A stretch of 64,000 nucleotides of DNA from Bacillota bacterium (GTDB taxonomy: Bacteria; Bacillota; SHA-98; UBA4971): the NCBI GenBank assembly GCA_014360195.1, contig JACIXY010000003.1, positions 17,100-81,099 on the forward strand, in the 5' to 3' direction. The notes below the pieces were generated by a model that saw nothing but the letters and a program-made list of their open reading frames with translations, made no database searches and was not told the DNA's origin. The position numbers and the translations under genes are program-made. Positions 8,362-18,699 of the stretch are shown one piece after another (the first letter of the stretch is position 1; each line of letters opens with the position of its first letter).

Positions 8362-9855
8362 CTATTTCCTGCTTTTGCCATGCTGTCCTGAAGGAATTTC
8401 CTTCGCCTGGGCGCGACCTGTGTAAGGCAGTCCCACCACCCTCCGCTCGAGGTCGAAGCCCTGCCTTTCGCCGAAGATGCGGATGGTGTCGACAGCCACA
8501 AGCTCAACGGAGCTGCGGCCATCCCGTCCGCCGGAGCCGCCCACGGCGAAATGAAGGAGGGCCACGCTCATGGGGACTCCTCCCTCCACCTGAAGCCCCC
8601 GCATGCCCGCGCCTCCCGCGGTCCCAGCATCTACGGTTACCGTCCCTTCGCGCACGGCGACAGAGAGGCGGTGGTCGTGGCCGCTGAGCACCACGGCCAC
8701 TTTGCCCAGGGCACCTTCGGCGGCCCGCAGATCATGCACCGCCAGGACGTCGGGTACCCTGCCTCCACGGTCGTCAGGGGACGCAAGGAGGGCCGCTACG
8801 CGGTCTCTCGCCCGGTCCAGCTCCTCCGGGCTCGCCGGGGCCATGTCCGCCCGGAGGGCCCCAGGGTCCCCGAGGGCAGCGATGCGAATGCCCCGGAAAT
8901 CAACAACGCCGTCGGCCAGGAGGGTCGCGCCACCCTCCGAGGACATCACCCTTGCCACCTCGGGAGAATCGTGGTTGCCCGGGACAAAGAGATAAGGAAC
9001 ACCGAGCGCGCGCACCCTGCGCGCCGCCATCCTCGCCTCCGGGGCGGTGCCGAAGTCGGTCATGTCCCCCGTATCAATGATGAAGTCCGGCTTGAAGCTC
9101 TTGACCACCTGGGTCAGGAAGTCGAAGGCCTGAGGGTTATTGTGGATGTCCGATACATGGAGCACCCTCACAAACGGCCTGTCGCTTTCGAGCTGGTGGA
9201 ACGCTTCGGCCTTGTCGAAGAATGTGCGGATGTTGGTGGCGATGGTCTGCATGCTTCCTGCGACCTCGCCCGCCTTGAGGAGGCTGCCGTCCAACAGACC
9301 CAGCATCCACGGGGCTGCCTCGATCGCTCCCTCATAGCGGGGGTTCGCGAGCCTGCGTTCGTCGAACGTGACATACGTAAGCGCAAGCAGCGCCGAGCTT
9401 GCCACAAAGCCCACCATGGCCCCTGTGAGCACCCGCCGCAGGCTCCAACCTGACGCGGCTGCGGCTCCGAAGGCTCCCCCCGCGATGGCGAGCAGGGCTA
9501 TGCGCAGCGCGAAAGCCACCACAAGCCGCCCCGAGTCCCTCTTGAACTGCCGGCTGATGCTGGAGGGGGCTTCGCCCTGGGAGATTGCATCCTGGAGCAC
9601 GCCCGGGTCGATGTTCTCAAGGGAAGCCTCAAGCTGAAGGGGCGTAAAGTGTGTCCTCGCCTCGACCCGGCCGATGGGGGGGATGGCGAGCCTGCTGTAG
9701 CCCGGTATCCCGACCCGCGCCAATATGCGGATATCGAGACCGGCCACATGATAGGATATGGATCCAAAGAGGTTGATGGCTGCATAGACGCACGCGAGCG
9801 TCACGAGGACCCACCATACGGGCGCACTCACGGCGCTGCGGCTGCGGGCCCTCAT
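8362..9855 (-). CDS. Membrane-anchored calcineurin-like metallophosphoesterase
   Basis: N-terminal TM segments followed by VLHVSDIHNN, DTGDMTDFG, VPGNHD and LSGHDH motifs. The track ORF (to 10053) overlaps cinA; ATG 9855 (MRARSRS..TM) or ATG 9939 is more plausible. Confidence 0.75.
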   Translation of the reverse strand: MRARSRSAVSAPVWWVLVTLACVYAAINLFGSISYHVAGLDIRILARVGIPGYSRLAIPPIGRVEARTHFTPLQLEASLENIDPGVLQDAISQGEAPSSISRQFKRDSGRLVVAFALRIALLAIAGGAFGAAAASGWSLRRVLTGAMVGFVASSALLALTYVTFDERRLANPRYEGAIEAAPWMLGLLDGSLLKAGEVAGSMQTIATNIRTFFDKAEAFHQLESDRPFVRVLHVSDIHNNPQAFDFLTQVVKSFKPDFIIDTGDMTDFGTAPEARMAARRVRALGVPYLFVPGNHDSPEVARVMSSEGGATLLADGVVDFRGIRIAALGDPGALRADMAPASPEELDRARDRVAALLASPDDRGGRVPDVLAVHDLRAAEGALGKVAVVLSGHDHRLSVAVREGTVTVDAGTAGGAGMRGLQVEGGVPMSVALLHFAVGGSGGRDGRSSVELVAVDTIRIFGERQGFDLERRVVGLPYTGRAQAKEIPSGQHGKSRK

Positions 9856-9932
9856 GGGGAGGCCGCTCGGATCATCAGCTCGGTGCGTCGTGCAGGATAC
9901 ACCCCGCACGGCCGGTGGGCGGCCCGTTATGC

Positions 9933-11183
9933 TTACCATCTTCGCAGGACATGCCTGCGCAGAAGGTCCAGGGCCCTTCTGGCGGCCCTCTCCTTGATCT
10001 CGGTCCGCGTACCGAACAGGCTCAGCCTGGCGCACGCAACCCCGCGCCGCCATGCAAGGCCTACGAAAACGAGCCCCACCGGTTTTTTCGCGCTTCCTCC
10101 CGATGGCCCGGCGATCCCGGTGGTCGAGATGGCCACATCAGCGCGCCCCCTGGCAAGAACCCCCTTCGCCATGGCTATCGCCACCTCGCGGCTCACCGCG
10201 CCGTGCCTTTCCAGGACCTCCGCCGGAACCCCGAGGATCTCACGCTTGGCCTCGTTGCTGTAGCTCGTTACCGCAAGCCCCAGCACAGCGGAGCAACCGG
10301 GCACTTGCGTGAGCTTGTGGGCGATGAGCCCCCCGGTAACCGACTCCGCAACGGCGCAGCTAAGCCCCCTCCCCGCAAGCAGCCGCACCACGGCATCCTG
10401 GAGTTCGTCGTCATCGGTTCCGTAAACATCGTCGCCAAGCCTCTCGCGGATCTCCGCCTCAACCGGGGCGATCATGGCCTCTGCCTCTTCCGGGGACCCC
10501 GCTTTCGCTGTTATCCGGAGCATCACTTCCCCCAGCGACACGAGGGGTGCCACAGTGGGATTGGTCCTGCAGTGGAGAAGGTCACGCACCTCGTCTTCGA
10601 CCGATGCTTCGCCCCGGCCGCAGATCTTGAGCACTTTCCACAGGATGACGCCGGCAGCGTTCCCCATCCTGCTGCGCAGGTAAGGAAGGACGGTGGACTC
10701 CATCATCCCCCGCATCTCTCCAGGAACGCCCGGCATCGAGATGACGGCCTTCCCGCCCTTCTCCGCTATGAATCCGCATGCCGTGCCCCGATCATTGTCG
10801 ACGGTCGCGGCACCCTCGGGTATCCTCGCCTGGCGCACCGCGCTTTCGCCCGCAGCCTCGTGCCCGGCCCTCGCTAGCAGAGACTCCGCGTGACGCCGGG
10901 CCTCCTCGGACACCACTAGCGGCAGCCCCATGGCCCTCGCAACGGCTTCCCTGGTGGGATCGTCCTCAGTGGGTCCGAGGCCTCCCGTGGTGATCACGAC
11001 GTCCGCTCTGCTGAGAGCGTCCGCAATTGCGGCGACGGCTCTATCCAGGTTGTCTCCTACCGTAACCCTGTGAAAGACGTCAATGCCGATCTCGGCCAGC
11101 CTGCGACAGATGTAGGCAGCGTTCGTGTCCACGATCTGCCCCAGGAGCAATTCGGTTCCGATGGAGATCACCTCAGCCCTCAC
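9933..11183 (-). CDS. cinA: CinA family protein (competence/damage-inducible; MoCF-binding + NMN amidohydrolase PncC domains)
   Basis: VRAEVISIGTELLLGQIVDTNAAYI N-terminus and C-terminal CinA domain (SCAVAESVTGGLIAHKLT). GTG 11183 has GAGGTGA upstream and lies 5 nt after the ftsH-like stop. The track ORF's 141-codon extension is rejected. Confidence 0.9.
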   Translation of the reverse strand: MRAEVISIGTELLLGQIVDTNAAYICRRLAEIGIDVFHRVTVGDNLDRAVAAIADALSRADVVITTGGLGPTEDDPTREAVARAMGLPLVVSEEARRHAESLLARAGHEAAGESAVRQARIPEGAATVDNDRGTACGFIAEKGGKAVISMPGVPGEMRGMMESTVLPYLRSRMGNAAGVILWKVLKICGRGEASVEDEVRDLLHCRTNPTVAPLVSLGEVMLRITAKAGSPEEAEAMIAPVEAEIRERLGDDVYGTDDDELQDAVVRLLAGRGLSCAVAESVTGGLIAHKLTQVPGCSAVLGLAVTSYSNEAKREILGVPAEVLERHGAVSREVAIAMAKGVLARGRADVAISTTGIAGPSGGSAKKPVGLVFVGLAWRRGVACARLSLFGTRTEIKERAARRALDLLRRHVLRRW

Positions 11184-11188
11184 GGCGG

Positions 11189-12733
11189 TCACCTCGCGAG
11201 ACAGCGACTTAGGCCAGAGCCTGCGCCCCCAGCCAAAGCCTGCCTTCCAGCCGATCTGAGCATCTCTCTGAACTCGTCGCCATCGATCTTCTCGTTCTCG
11301 AGCAGCGCCACGCTGGCCTCCACGAGAGTATCTTTCCTGGATTCGAGGATCCGCCGGACCCTCCGCTCTTGACCTTTCATGATCGAACTCACAGTCTCGT
11401 GATAGAGCTGCCTCGGAAGCTCGTCCACGTTCACGACACCGAGCTGCGACATCCCGGAGCCCACGAGGCGCCTTGCGACTTCCAGCGCTTGCTCGAAATC
11501 GTTCGCCGCACCGGTGGACCGCGTTCCAAAGCGGATCTCCTCGGCTACCGCGCCACCCAGGAGCACGGCAAGCTGGTCCTCGAGCCAGTCGCGGGTGTAA
11601 AGGCACAGGTCCTCCTCCTGGGTTTGCCTGGTGTATCCCAGCGCCTTCCCCCGCGACGTCACGGTGATCGTCGAGACCGACCCGGGACGCAGTACCTCAC
11701 TTGCGAGCGCGTGACCGACCTCGTGGAACGCGATCCTCTCGAGGTCCGCTCGGCTCGGGCGGCGGTCAAGCCTCTCGCCCATGATGACCTTGTCTATGGC
11801 GTCTCTGAACTCCTTCGCCCCTATGGCGCTCTTGCCCTGGCGCATTGCCAGGATGGCTGCCTCGTTGACGAGGTTCTCGAGGTGGGCCCCGGAGAACCCG
11901 AACGTATCCCTGGCGATCTCCTCCAGATCGACGTCCTCCGCGAGCGGCTTGCCCTTCGTGTGGATGCGAAGGATATGCAGCCGCCCCTCGCGGTCGGGCA
12001 GGTTGACCTGCACTACCCGGTCGAACCTCCCGGGCCGCAGGAGCGCGGGGTCGAGGAGATCCGCCCGGTTCGTGGCGCCTATCACCAGGAGCCTGATATC
12101 GTCGTACGGGTTGATTCCGTCCATCTCCACAAGCAACTGGTTGAGCGTCTGGTCGTACTCAAGGTGGCTCGCGTGCTTGCCGCGCTTGCCGCCGAGCACC
12201 TCGATCTCGTCTATGAAGATCATTGCGCTGCCGCGCTTCTCGCGGGCGGCGCGCGTCCTCGCCATATTGAAAAGCTGGCGCACTCGCTGGGCGCCCACTC
12301 CGGCGTACATCTCGACGAACTCAGACCCGCTCGCAGCCAGGAACACGCTACCGGTGTAGCTGGCAGCAGCCTTCGCGAGCAGGGTCTTGCCCGTGCCGGG
12401 GGGCCCTGTAAGCAGGATTCCCCGCAAGGGGCGAATGCCCAGGGCCTTAACCTTGTCGGCGTTGACCACAAACTCCAGCGCCTCCAGGAGCTCTCGCTTT
12501 GCGACTTCCTGTCCTCCGATATCGCTGAAAGAGACCCCTGGGACCCCTGGCCCCTGCCGGTCGCCGCCCAGCACATGGAAACGCTTGCCGACCCCCACAC
12601 CCGAGCCGGTCTGTAGATACCATAGAGCGATCGCGATGCCGAAAAGCAGCAGTACTGGCGTTATGTTATAGCCGGACACGGCGAGGAACGTGGCCACAGC
12701 GAGCGACGCCCCCACGCCGATTTCCTTGAGCAT
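11189..12733 (-). CDS. FtsH-like AAA+ zinc metalloprotease paralogue with a short N-terminal membrane region
   Basis: Walker A GPPGTGKTLLAKA, Walker B IFIDEIE, and the M41 zinc site HEVGHAL. At 514 aa it lacks the long extracytoplasmic domain of canonical FtsH. Confidence 0.85.
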   Translation of the reverse strand: MLKEIGVGASLAVATFLAVSGYNITPVLLLFGIAIALWYLQTGSGVGVGKRFHVLGGDRQGPGVPGVSFSDIGGQEVAKRELLEALEFVVNADKVKALGIRPLRGILLTGPPGTGKTLLAKAAASYTGSVFLAASGSEFVEMYAGVGAQRVRQLFNMARTRAAREKRGSAMIFIDEIEVLGGKRGKHASHLEYDQTLNQLLVEMDGINPYDDIRLLVIGATNRADLLDPALLRPGRFDRVVQVNLPDREGRLHILRIHTKGKPLAEDVDLEEIARDTFGFSGAHLENLVNEAAILAMRQGKSAIGAKEFRDAIDKVIMGERLDRRPSRADLERIAFHEVGHALASEVLRPGSVSTITVTSRGKALGYTRQTQEEDLCLYTRDWLEDQLAVLLGGAVAEEIRFGTRSTGAANDFEQALEVARRLVGSGMSQLGVVNVDELPRQLYHETVSSIMKGQERRVRRILESRKDTLVEASVALLENEKIDGDEFREMLRSAGRQALAGGAGSGLSRCLAR

Positions 12734-12871
12734 CGTTGAATTTCGTCACCCTTTCGCAACGCGAGTGCGACTATTCCTGAGCTTTCTTCACCGCCCGGCG
12801 AACACTTTTACCTGCCCGGACCGAAGCTGTGACTGTGCGCCAAAAACTCAGGACCGAGAGTACGGGCGCGT

Positions 12872-13447
12872 CTACCACAGGGTGGCCCTCACACGCGAGC
12901 CCGGCCCCGCGTCACCCCGGGATGTCGAGGGTTCCTGCCTCGGGATTACTTCGTAGAGGTAATGCCCACTCTTATGCAACTGCAGGTACACGTTTCCGGA
13001 ATCGACGTACACGCCCCACCTGTCGAGGCCGGCTTCCTGAGCTTGGGAGTCTATGGCCTTCGCCATCTCTCGGAAGGTCCCTCGCGCTATCGCCTCTTCC
13101 ACAGCGAGGCGCATTCGCCTGTATATGGCGGAAAGCTCACGGGTCCGGGCGTCTTCGATAACGAGAGCCGGCGTCCTCCCTGTCGCCCGCGCAAGGCCAT
13201 CGCAAAGGTCGAGGTAAGTGGCCTGGATGTCGCCGACGTCGCGGAGCCTCACACGCACCTCAAGGCCCGCGGATTCGCCCCCCCGCACGAGCCGCCAGTC
13301 CACGACATCCGGGCGCTCCCGGAGAAACGCTTCAAGGGGCCTTTCCACCCGCACGTGATAAGCGGCGATCCGTCCTCCAGTGAGGATGCCGAACGTCACG
13401 AGGAACGCAAGTATGATTTTTGTAACATCGAGCCCGAACAGTTTCAC
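12872..13447 (-). CDS. Hypothetical protein with an N-terminal TM anchor
   Basis: 191-aa ORF with an N-terminal hydrophobic helix (IILAFLVTFGILTGG). I recognise no family. Confidence 0.55.
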   Translation of the reverse strand: MKLFGLDVTKIILAFLVTFGILTGGRIAAYHVRVERPLEAFLRERPDVVDWRLVRGGESAGLEVRVRLRDVGDIQATYLDLCDGLARATGRTPALVIEDARTRELSAIYRRMRLAVEEAIARGTFREMAKAIDSQAQEAGLDRWGVYVDSGNVYLQLHKSGHYLYEVIPRQEPSTSRGDAGPGSRVRATLW

Positions 13448-13466
13448 CTGCTCGCCCTCCCACGGG

Positions 13467-13606
13467 TTAAGTGAGGGTGCGCTAGTTCTCGCTCTTCTTC
13501 CAGTAGTTGCCGGGTTGCCGGTGTTGCACTCTCTCTTTGAGTCACCCTCTTTGAGTCACCGGCAACCCCTCCCGAGAGTCGGGAGCATTTCTGCACCCTC
13601 ACTTAG
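13467..13606 (+). repeat. R3: TIR-bounded hairpin element, short form with an internal 14-bp tandem duplication
   Basis: Ends are TTAAGTGAGGGTGCG ... TGCACCCTCACTTAG. CTCTTTGAGTCACC is duplicated (13533-13546 and 13547-13560) inside the central hairpin. Confidence 0.9.
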
Positions 13607-13742
13607 CAGCAATTATAACACAAGACCCCCGCCTTCCGCGAGGGCAAACATCAGGCAAACATGGCAATCAGCTCGCTCCGGCCGGCCTGCCCGGGCCGTC
13701 TCCGTACCTGGTCCATACGAGGCGAGGGAGACACAGGCTTCG

Positions 13743-14411
13743 TTAGCAGGACGGGAGTACCGAGGACGCACTCCTCCTCAGGCGTTCGATGTTCGCGCAC
13801 GGGTCGCCTCCGCCGAACACGAAGTTCCCCGCGACGAGCACGTTCGCGCCGGCCTTCACCACGAGGGGCGCCGTCGCATCGGATATGCCGCCGTCCACCT
13901 CGATGTCGATGCGCCTGTCGGCGTCCTCGATCATCGCCCTGACCTGCCTCACCTTGGCGAGCATCCCGCTGATGAACTCCTGCCCGCCGAACCCGGGGTT
14001 CACGGTCATCACGAGAATGAGGTCCACGAGATCAAGGATATGCTCAAGGAAATGTGCCGGGGTGGCAGGACAAATGGCAACACCGGCCTTCGCACCCGCG
14101 GCCTTCACGGCCTGGAGTGTCCTGTGCACGTGGGGCGTCGCCTCGGCGTGGACCGTGACTATCGAGGCCCCCGCCTCCGCAAAGCGGCCGACATAGGCAT
14201 CGGGATTGGCGATCATGAGGTGGACATCGAGGGGAAGACCCGTCGCCGCCCGCAACGAGGCCACCACCGGTGGGCCCACGGTGATGTTCGGGACGAAATG
14301 TCCGTCCATTACGTCCACGTGCAGGAGGTCAGCGCACCGCTCCACGCGAGCCACCTCGTCAGCAAGGCGCGCAAAGTCCGCAGAGAGTATGGATGGTGCT
14401 ATCCTTACCAA
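13743..14411 (-). CDS. rpe: Ribulose-phosphate 3-epimerase
   Basis: IAPSILSADFARL, HVDVMDGHFVPN, MTVNPGFGGQ and VDGGI motifs. Confidence 0.95.
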   Translation of the reverse strand: MVRIAPSILSADFARLADEVARVERCADLLHVDVMDGHFVPNITVGPPVVASLRAATGLPLDVHLMIANPDAYVGRFAEAGASIVTVHAEATPHVHRTLQAVKAAGAKAGVAICPATPAHFLEHILDLVDLILVMTVNPGFGGQEFISGMLAKVRQVRAMIEDADRRIDIEVDGGISDATAPLVVKAGANVLVAGNFVFGGGDPCANIERLRRSASSVLPSC

Positions 14412-15328
14412 AGCTTCCCCTTCCTTTCCGCCTCGATGATCTCTTCGAGGAACTTCACATAATGCTCATAGCGCGAAGAAGACACTTCGCCTGCCTCCAC
14501 CGCAGCTTTCACGGCGCACCCCGGCTCTTTGTGGTGCAGGCATCCTGTAAACCTGCAGCCGTCGCGCCTTGCCACGAACTCAGGAAAGAAATCGTCAAGA
14601 TCCTCGCGCCGCAGGCCGGCAAGATCCAGGTCGAGCCTGGAGAACCCTGGCGTGTCTGCGACATACCCGCCGGGCCGCACCTCGAGGAGCACCGAGTAGC
14701 GCGTCGTGTGCCTGCCGCGCCCGGTCTTCGCGCTTATCTCGCCGCATCGCAGACGCAGGCCTGGCTCGAGAGCGTTGAGAAGCGCAGACTTGCCGACGCC
14801 CGACGGCCCGGAGAAAACGGAGATCTTCCCGATAAGCGCCCTCCGGAGCGGCCGAAGGCCCCAGCCTGCCCTCGCGCTCGTTCGGACCACGACGTAGCCT
14901 GCGCGCCTGTAGGGCCTCGCAATCTTCCTAGAGGCGTAGTCGCTCACGAGGTCCATCTTGTTGAAGCATATCACGGCCTCAAGCCCCGCGGACATTACCG
15001 CCACGAGCATGCGGTCGAGAAGCTCGAGGTCCGGCTCGGGATCCGCGCAAGCCATCACGATCACCGCCTGGTCCACGTTCGCCACCGGAGGCCTTACGAG
15101 GCGCGATTTCCTCGGGAGCACGTCCTCGATAACGCCGCTTCCGGGCCCGGTCACGCTGAAGGAGACCATGTCCCCCACCAGGACTTCCTTGCCTTCTTTT
15201 CGAAGCCTGCCCCGGGCCACGCAGTCGAGCATCGTCCCTTGCGAATCCACATAATAATGCCCGGCGTAAGCCCTGGTAACCCGCCCTTCCGGCACTTGCC
15301 GCCCTCCCGTTATCCCTTCGGCACCCAC
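14405..15328 (-). CDS. rsgA: Ribosome small-subunit biogenesis GTPase RsgA
   Basis: Circularly permuted GTPase (NKMDL ... GPSGVGKSALLNAL) and C-terminal zinc finger CRFTGCLHHKEPGCAV. Confidence 0.9.
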   Translation of the reverse strand: MGAEGITGGRQVPEGRVTRAYAGHYYVDSQGTMLDCVARGRLRKEGKEVLVGDMVSFSVTGPGSGVIEDVLPRKSRLVRPPVANVDQAVIVMACADPEPDLELLDRMLVAVMSAGLEAVICFNKMDLVSDYASRKIARPYRRAGYVVVRTSARAGWGLRPLRRALIGKISVFSGPSGVGKSALLNALEPGLRLRCGEISAKTGRGRHTTRYSVLLEVRPGGYVADTPGFSRLDLDLAGLRREDLDDFFPEFVARRDGCRFTGCLHHKEPGCAVKAAVEAGEVSSSRYEHYVKFLEEIIEAERKGKLW

Positions 15329-17262
15329 TCGTCCTTATACAGGATCCCGGCAATGTACACTCTGATCCTAACCTTCCTGCCCCACGCGTTCACCTGTTTC
15401 TCGATGCGCTCGCCGGGCGAGTGCATCCCCACATAGTAATCCCTTTCGCCATAGTAATCGTTGATCTTGATCCTGACCTCCTGCTGGTCCGCACCCGGGG
15501 GCACGAGGATCGTAACCAGCGTCGAAATCGGAGTTATGGCATCGAGAATCGAGGATGAGTCGCCCGTTCCGGCGGACACCACCAGGTCCACGGGTGTGCC
15601 GCGTTGCACCTCCTGCCCGGGCGGTGGGACCTGCCCGAGGACGACCCCGGGGCTTTCACCCTCGCGGGACTCCTCGGTCACGTTGCCTTTTACGAGGCCG
15701 GCCAGCGCCAGCTGAGACTCGGCCTCGGAGATCGTAGCGCCCACAAGGTCCGGCACGGCCACGACGTTCGGCTCAGGCCCTGCCGAAAGCACGATATCAA
15801 CGGGGACACCTTTCTCCACGCGCCTCCCGGCCTCAGGTGACTGCGATAGCACCCGCCCGCGCTCGATTTCAGAGCTGTACTCTTCGGACTGCACCCCCGC
15901 TTTGAGCTCGACGCGCTCCAGCTCGAGGAGAGCCTGTCGGAGGTCCATGCCTCTGAGGTCCGGGACCTCCACCATCTCCTTGCCCATGCTCACCACCAGG
16001 GTGACTCTGCTGTTGAGCTTGACCTTCTCGTATGGCGCAGGCCGTTGGGAGATTACGGAATTGGGCGGCGCGGAGTCATCGTAACGCCTGTCAGGCTCGT
16101 CCAGACGAAGACCGGCCTCGTCCGCCATGAGCCTCGCCTCATCCAGCGTCTTCCCTGTGAAGTCGGGGACCCGGACCTCCTCCACATACAGCCATTCGGG
16201 CAGCTTGATGATGGCCACCGCTGCGAGGGCCAAGAGAGCCACGGCGACAGCCATGATCGTCACGACAGCCCTTCCGAAACCGTGCGAAGCCTTCTCGGGT
16301 CTTGCCAGGGTGTCATCCACTCCTTTCGGGCCTGAAATGCGGGGCGTTGCAGGCACCCGGAAAACCTCGGTGGGCGCCTCCGCCGTCCTGCCCTCCTTGC
16401 CGCCGGCCCCGACCCCGGCGTCCGCACCGACCTCCACACCGGCCGGGATAGACGCATATCTCTCCAGAGCACGCATCATGTCCCGGGCATGCTGGTAGCG
16501 GCGAGAGGGGTCCTTTTCAAGGGCCTTCATCACCACCCGGCCGAGATCCCGCGGCACCCTGGGGTTGAGCTCCGAAGGAGGGATCGCCGTACTCTGCAAG
16601 TGCTGAAGGGCGATGCCTATGGGGGTGTCGCCCCTGAACGGCACCCTGCCAGTGAGCATCTCGTAAAGCACGACGCCCAGGGAGTAAATGTCGGACCCGA
16701 CGCCCGCGGCCTCGCCCCTGGCCTGCTCCGGTGAGAAGTAGTTCACGGTCCCGATGATGGTGCCCGTCTCGGTGAGCGCCGAAGTGCTGGTCGCGCGGGC
16801 TATGCCGAAGTCGGTTACCTTGACCCTGCCCTCGGGAGTCACTAAGATGTTGTGGGGCTTTATGTCCCTGTGGACGATGTTGTTCTTATGGGCGTGGTCC
16901 AGCGCCGCCAGGATCTGAGAGGCTATCCACGCCGCCCTGTCGGGAGAAAGCGGCCCCTGCTCGCGGATGAGATCCTTCAGGCTTCGGCCGCTCACGTACT
17001 CCATGACGATGTAGTAGCGGTCGCCGTCCTGACCCACGTCGTAGATGCTGACGATATTCGGGTGGGAGAGGCTCGCCGCCGCCTGCGCCTCCCTGCGGAA
17101 CCTCTCCACGAACTCCTCGTCGGACGCGAACTGGGGCCGGAGCACCTTTATGGCAACGATCCGGTTGAGCACAGAGTCGCGGGCCCTGTAAACCTCGGCC
17201 ATGCCACCCTCGCCCACCTTCGACAGGATCCTGTATCTTCTCCCCAGGACCTCCTCTGTCAT
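15310..17262 (-). CDS. prkC: Ser/Thr protein kinase with extracellular PASTA repeats (PrkC/PknB type)
   Basis: Kinase motifs (GEGGMAEVY, HRDIKPHN, DFGIA), a TM segment, then three PASTA-like repeats (VPDFTGKTLDEA, VPDLRGMDLRQA, VPDLVGATISEA). Confidence 0.92.
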   Translation of the reverse strand: MTEEVLGRRYRILSKVGEGGMAEVYRARDSVLNRIVAIKVLRPQFASDEEFVERFRREAQAAASLSHPNIVSIYDVGQDGDRYYIVMEYVSGRSLKDLIREQGPLSPDRAAWIASQILAALDHAHKNNIVHRDIKPHNILVTPEGRVKVTDFGIARATSTSALTETGTIIGTVNYFSPEQARGEAAGVGSDIYSLGVVLYEMLTGRVPFRGDTPIGIALQHLQSTAIPPSELNPRVPRDLGRVVMKALEKDPSRRYQHARDMMRALERYASIPAGVEVGADAGVGAGGKEGRTAEAPTEVFRVPATPRISGPKGVDDTLARPEKASHGFGRAVVTIMAVAVALLALAAVAIIKLPEWLYVEEVRVPDFTGKTLDEARLMADEAGLRLDEPDRRYDDSAPPNSVISQRPAPYEKVKLNSRVTLVVSMGKEMVEVPDLRGMDLRQALLELERVELKAGVQSEEYSSEIERGRVLSQSPEAGRRVEKGVPVDIVLSAGPEPNVVAVPDLVGATISEAESQLALAGLVKGNVTEESREGESPGVVLGQVPPPGQEVQRGTPVDLVVSAGTGDSSSILDAITPISTLVTILVPPGADQQEVRIKINDYYGERDYYVGMHSPGERIEKQVNAWGRKVRIRVYIAGILYKDEWVPKG

Positions 17263-17280
17263 GGTCTCACCTCGCCTGTA

Positions 17281-18699
17281 TCACCGCAAGGTGTCCCGAA
17301 GCGCCGCGCGCAGGATCTCGCGCGCCACAGGCGCGGCAACCCGCCCGCCCGATCCGCCGTTCTCCACCACGACCGCCACCGCGCAGCGCGGGTCCTCCGC
17401 CGGAGCAAACCCCACAAACCACGCGTGGGGCGCGCCGTGGGGGTTCTGGGCGGTGCCTGTCTTGCCTGCGACCCTCACCCCCGGCAACCCCGCCGCCCGC
17501 GCGGTCCCGCTCGTGACCGCCTCCACCATCATGTCCTTCACGCGTCGGGCGACCGTCGCAGGGACGGGCACGCGCAGGATCGTGCTGGGCGTCCTGCGAA
17601 GCTTGGTCCCGTCGGGGGAGCGCACCTCGCGGACCACGTACGGGCGGCGCATGACCCCGCCGTTCCCGATCGCCCCAATGGCGCACGCCATCTCGAGGGG
17701 GCTTGCGACGAGCGTGCCCTGGCCGATGGATATCTGCGCCACGGCCGCCCTGTCGAGGTTGACGCCTCCCGCGCTGATGGCGCCCGCCGCGGTCGGCACG
17801 TCAAAGGGCAATGCCACTCCGAAATGAAAGCTCTGAAGACCATTATACAGCTTTTCGCGGCCGACGCGCCACCCGATCTGGGCAAACGCGACGTTGCACG
17901 AGCGAGCTATGGCTGCCGCGAGATCCACGTCCCCATGCGCCCGACCGTCGGAACACGACACCTCACGCTCGTCATCAGCGCGGTTGCCGACCCTTATGGC
18001 ACCTTCGCACCGGAACCTGTCCTCTGGGCTTACCACCCCCGAAGACAGGGCTATCGCGGCGATTATCGGCTTTACCGCCGAGCCGGGCGGGTAGAGCCCG
18101 AGGGTTGCCCTGTTGAAAAGCGGGCTTCCGTCGTCCTTCACAAGGCGCTCCCACTCGAACGAGATCCGCCCGGGGGAAAAGCCCGGGTTGCTCACCATCG
18201 CGAGGATGGCGCCGGTCTTCGGGTCGAGCGCGACGGCTGCGCCGCGACGCCCTGCCATTGCCCGCTCCGCCGCTCGCTGGACGCCCATATCCACGGTCAG
18301 GATGATGTCGTTGCCGCGCGCGGGACCCGCCGCGAAGATGTTCCTCGCGAGGCTGGCGACCGAGCTTTCTCCGCCGAGCCCGAGGAGCTCAGAGTTATAG
18401 CTCGCCTCAAGCCCGGCGGTGCCGTACCTTGCGTCTTCATAGCCGGTGAGGTGCACAAGGCCAGGCGGGCCCATGTACACCCTCGGCCCGCCGGGCGCGC
18501 TGTCCTTTGCAACGGGTTCTCCACGGGAGAGGTATATCCCTCCACGGACGATGTCGCGCCTCACCGCTGCCACCCTGGGGTTACGCGGATGAGCTGAAAG
18601 GTCTGGCGCACGCAGGACGCCCACAAGGAAGAGCCTCGCCGACAGCACGGCGAACGCAACGAGAAACGCGATGGAGATCCGGCGGACGCTATCCTTCAA
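17281..18699 (-). CDS. Class B penicillin-binding protein (PbpA/FtsI-type transpeptidase)
   Basis: SxxK (GSAVKP), SxN (RSCNV) and KTGT (AGKTGTAQ) motifs with an N-terminal TM anchor. Confidence 0.9.
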   Translation of the reverse strand: MKDSVRRISIAFLVAFAVLSARLFLVGVLRAPDLSAHPRNPRVAAVRRDIVRGGIYLSRGEPVAKDSAPGGPRVYMGPPGLVHLTGYEDARYGTAGLEASYNSELLGLGGESSVASLARNIFAAGPARGNDIILTVDMGVQRAAERAMAGRRGAAVALDPKTGAILAMVSNPGFSPGRISFEWERLVKDDGSPLFNRATLGLYPPGSAVKPIIAAIALSSGVVSPEDRFRCEGAIRVGNRADDEREVSCSDGRAHGDVDLAAAIARSCNVAFAQIGWRVGREKLYNGLQSFHFGVALPFDVPTAAGAISAGGVNLDRAAVAQISIGQGTLVASPLEMACAIGAIGNGGVMRRPYVVREVRSPDGTKLRRTPSTILRVPVPATVARRVKDMMVEAVTSGTARAAGLPGVRVAGKTGTAQNPHGAPHAWFVGFAPAEDPRCAVAVVVENGGSGGRVAAPVAREILRAALRDTLR

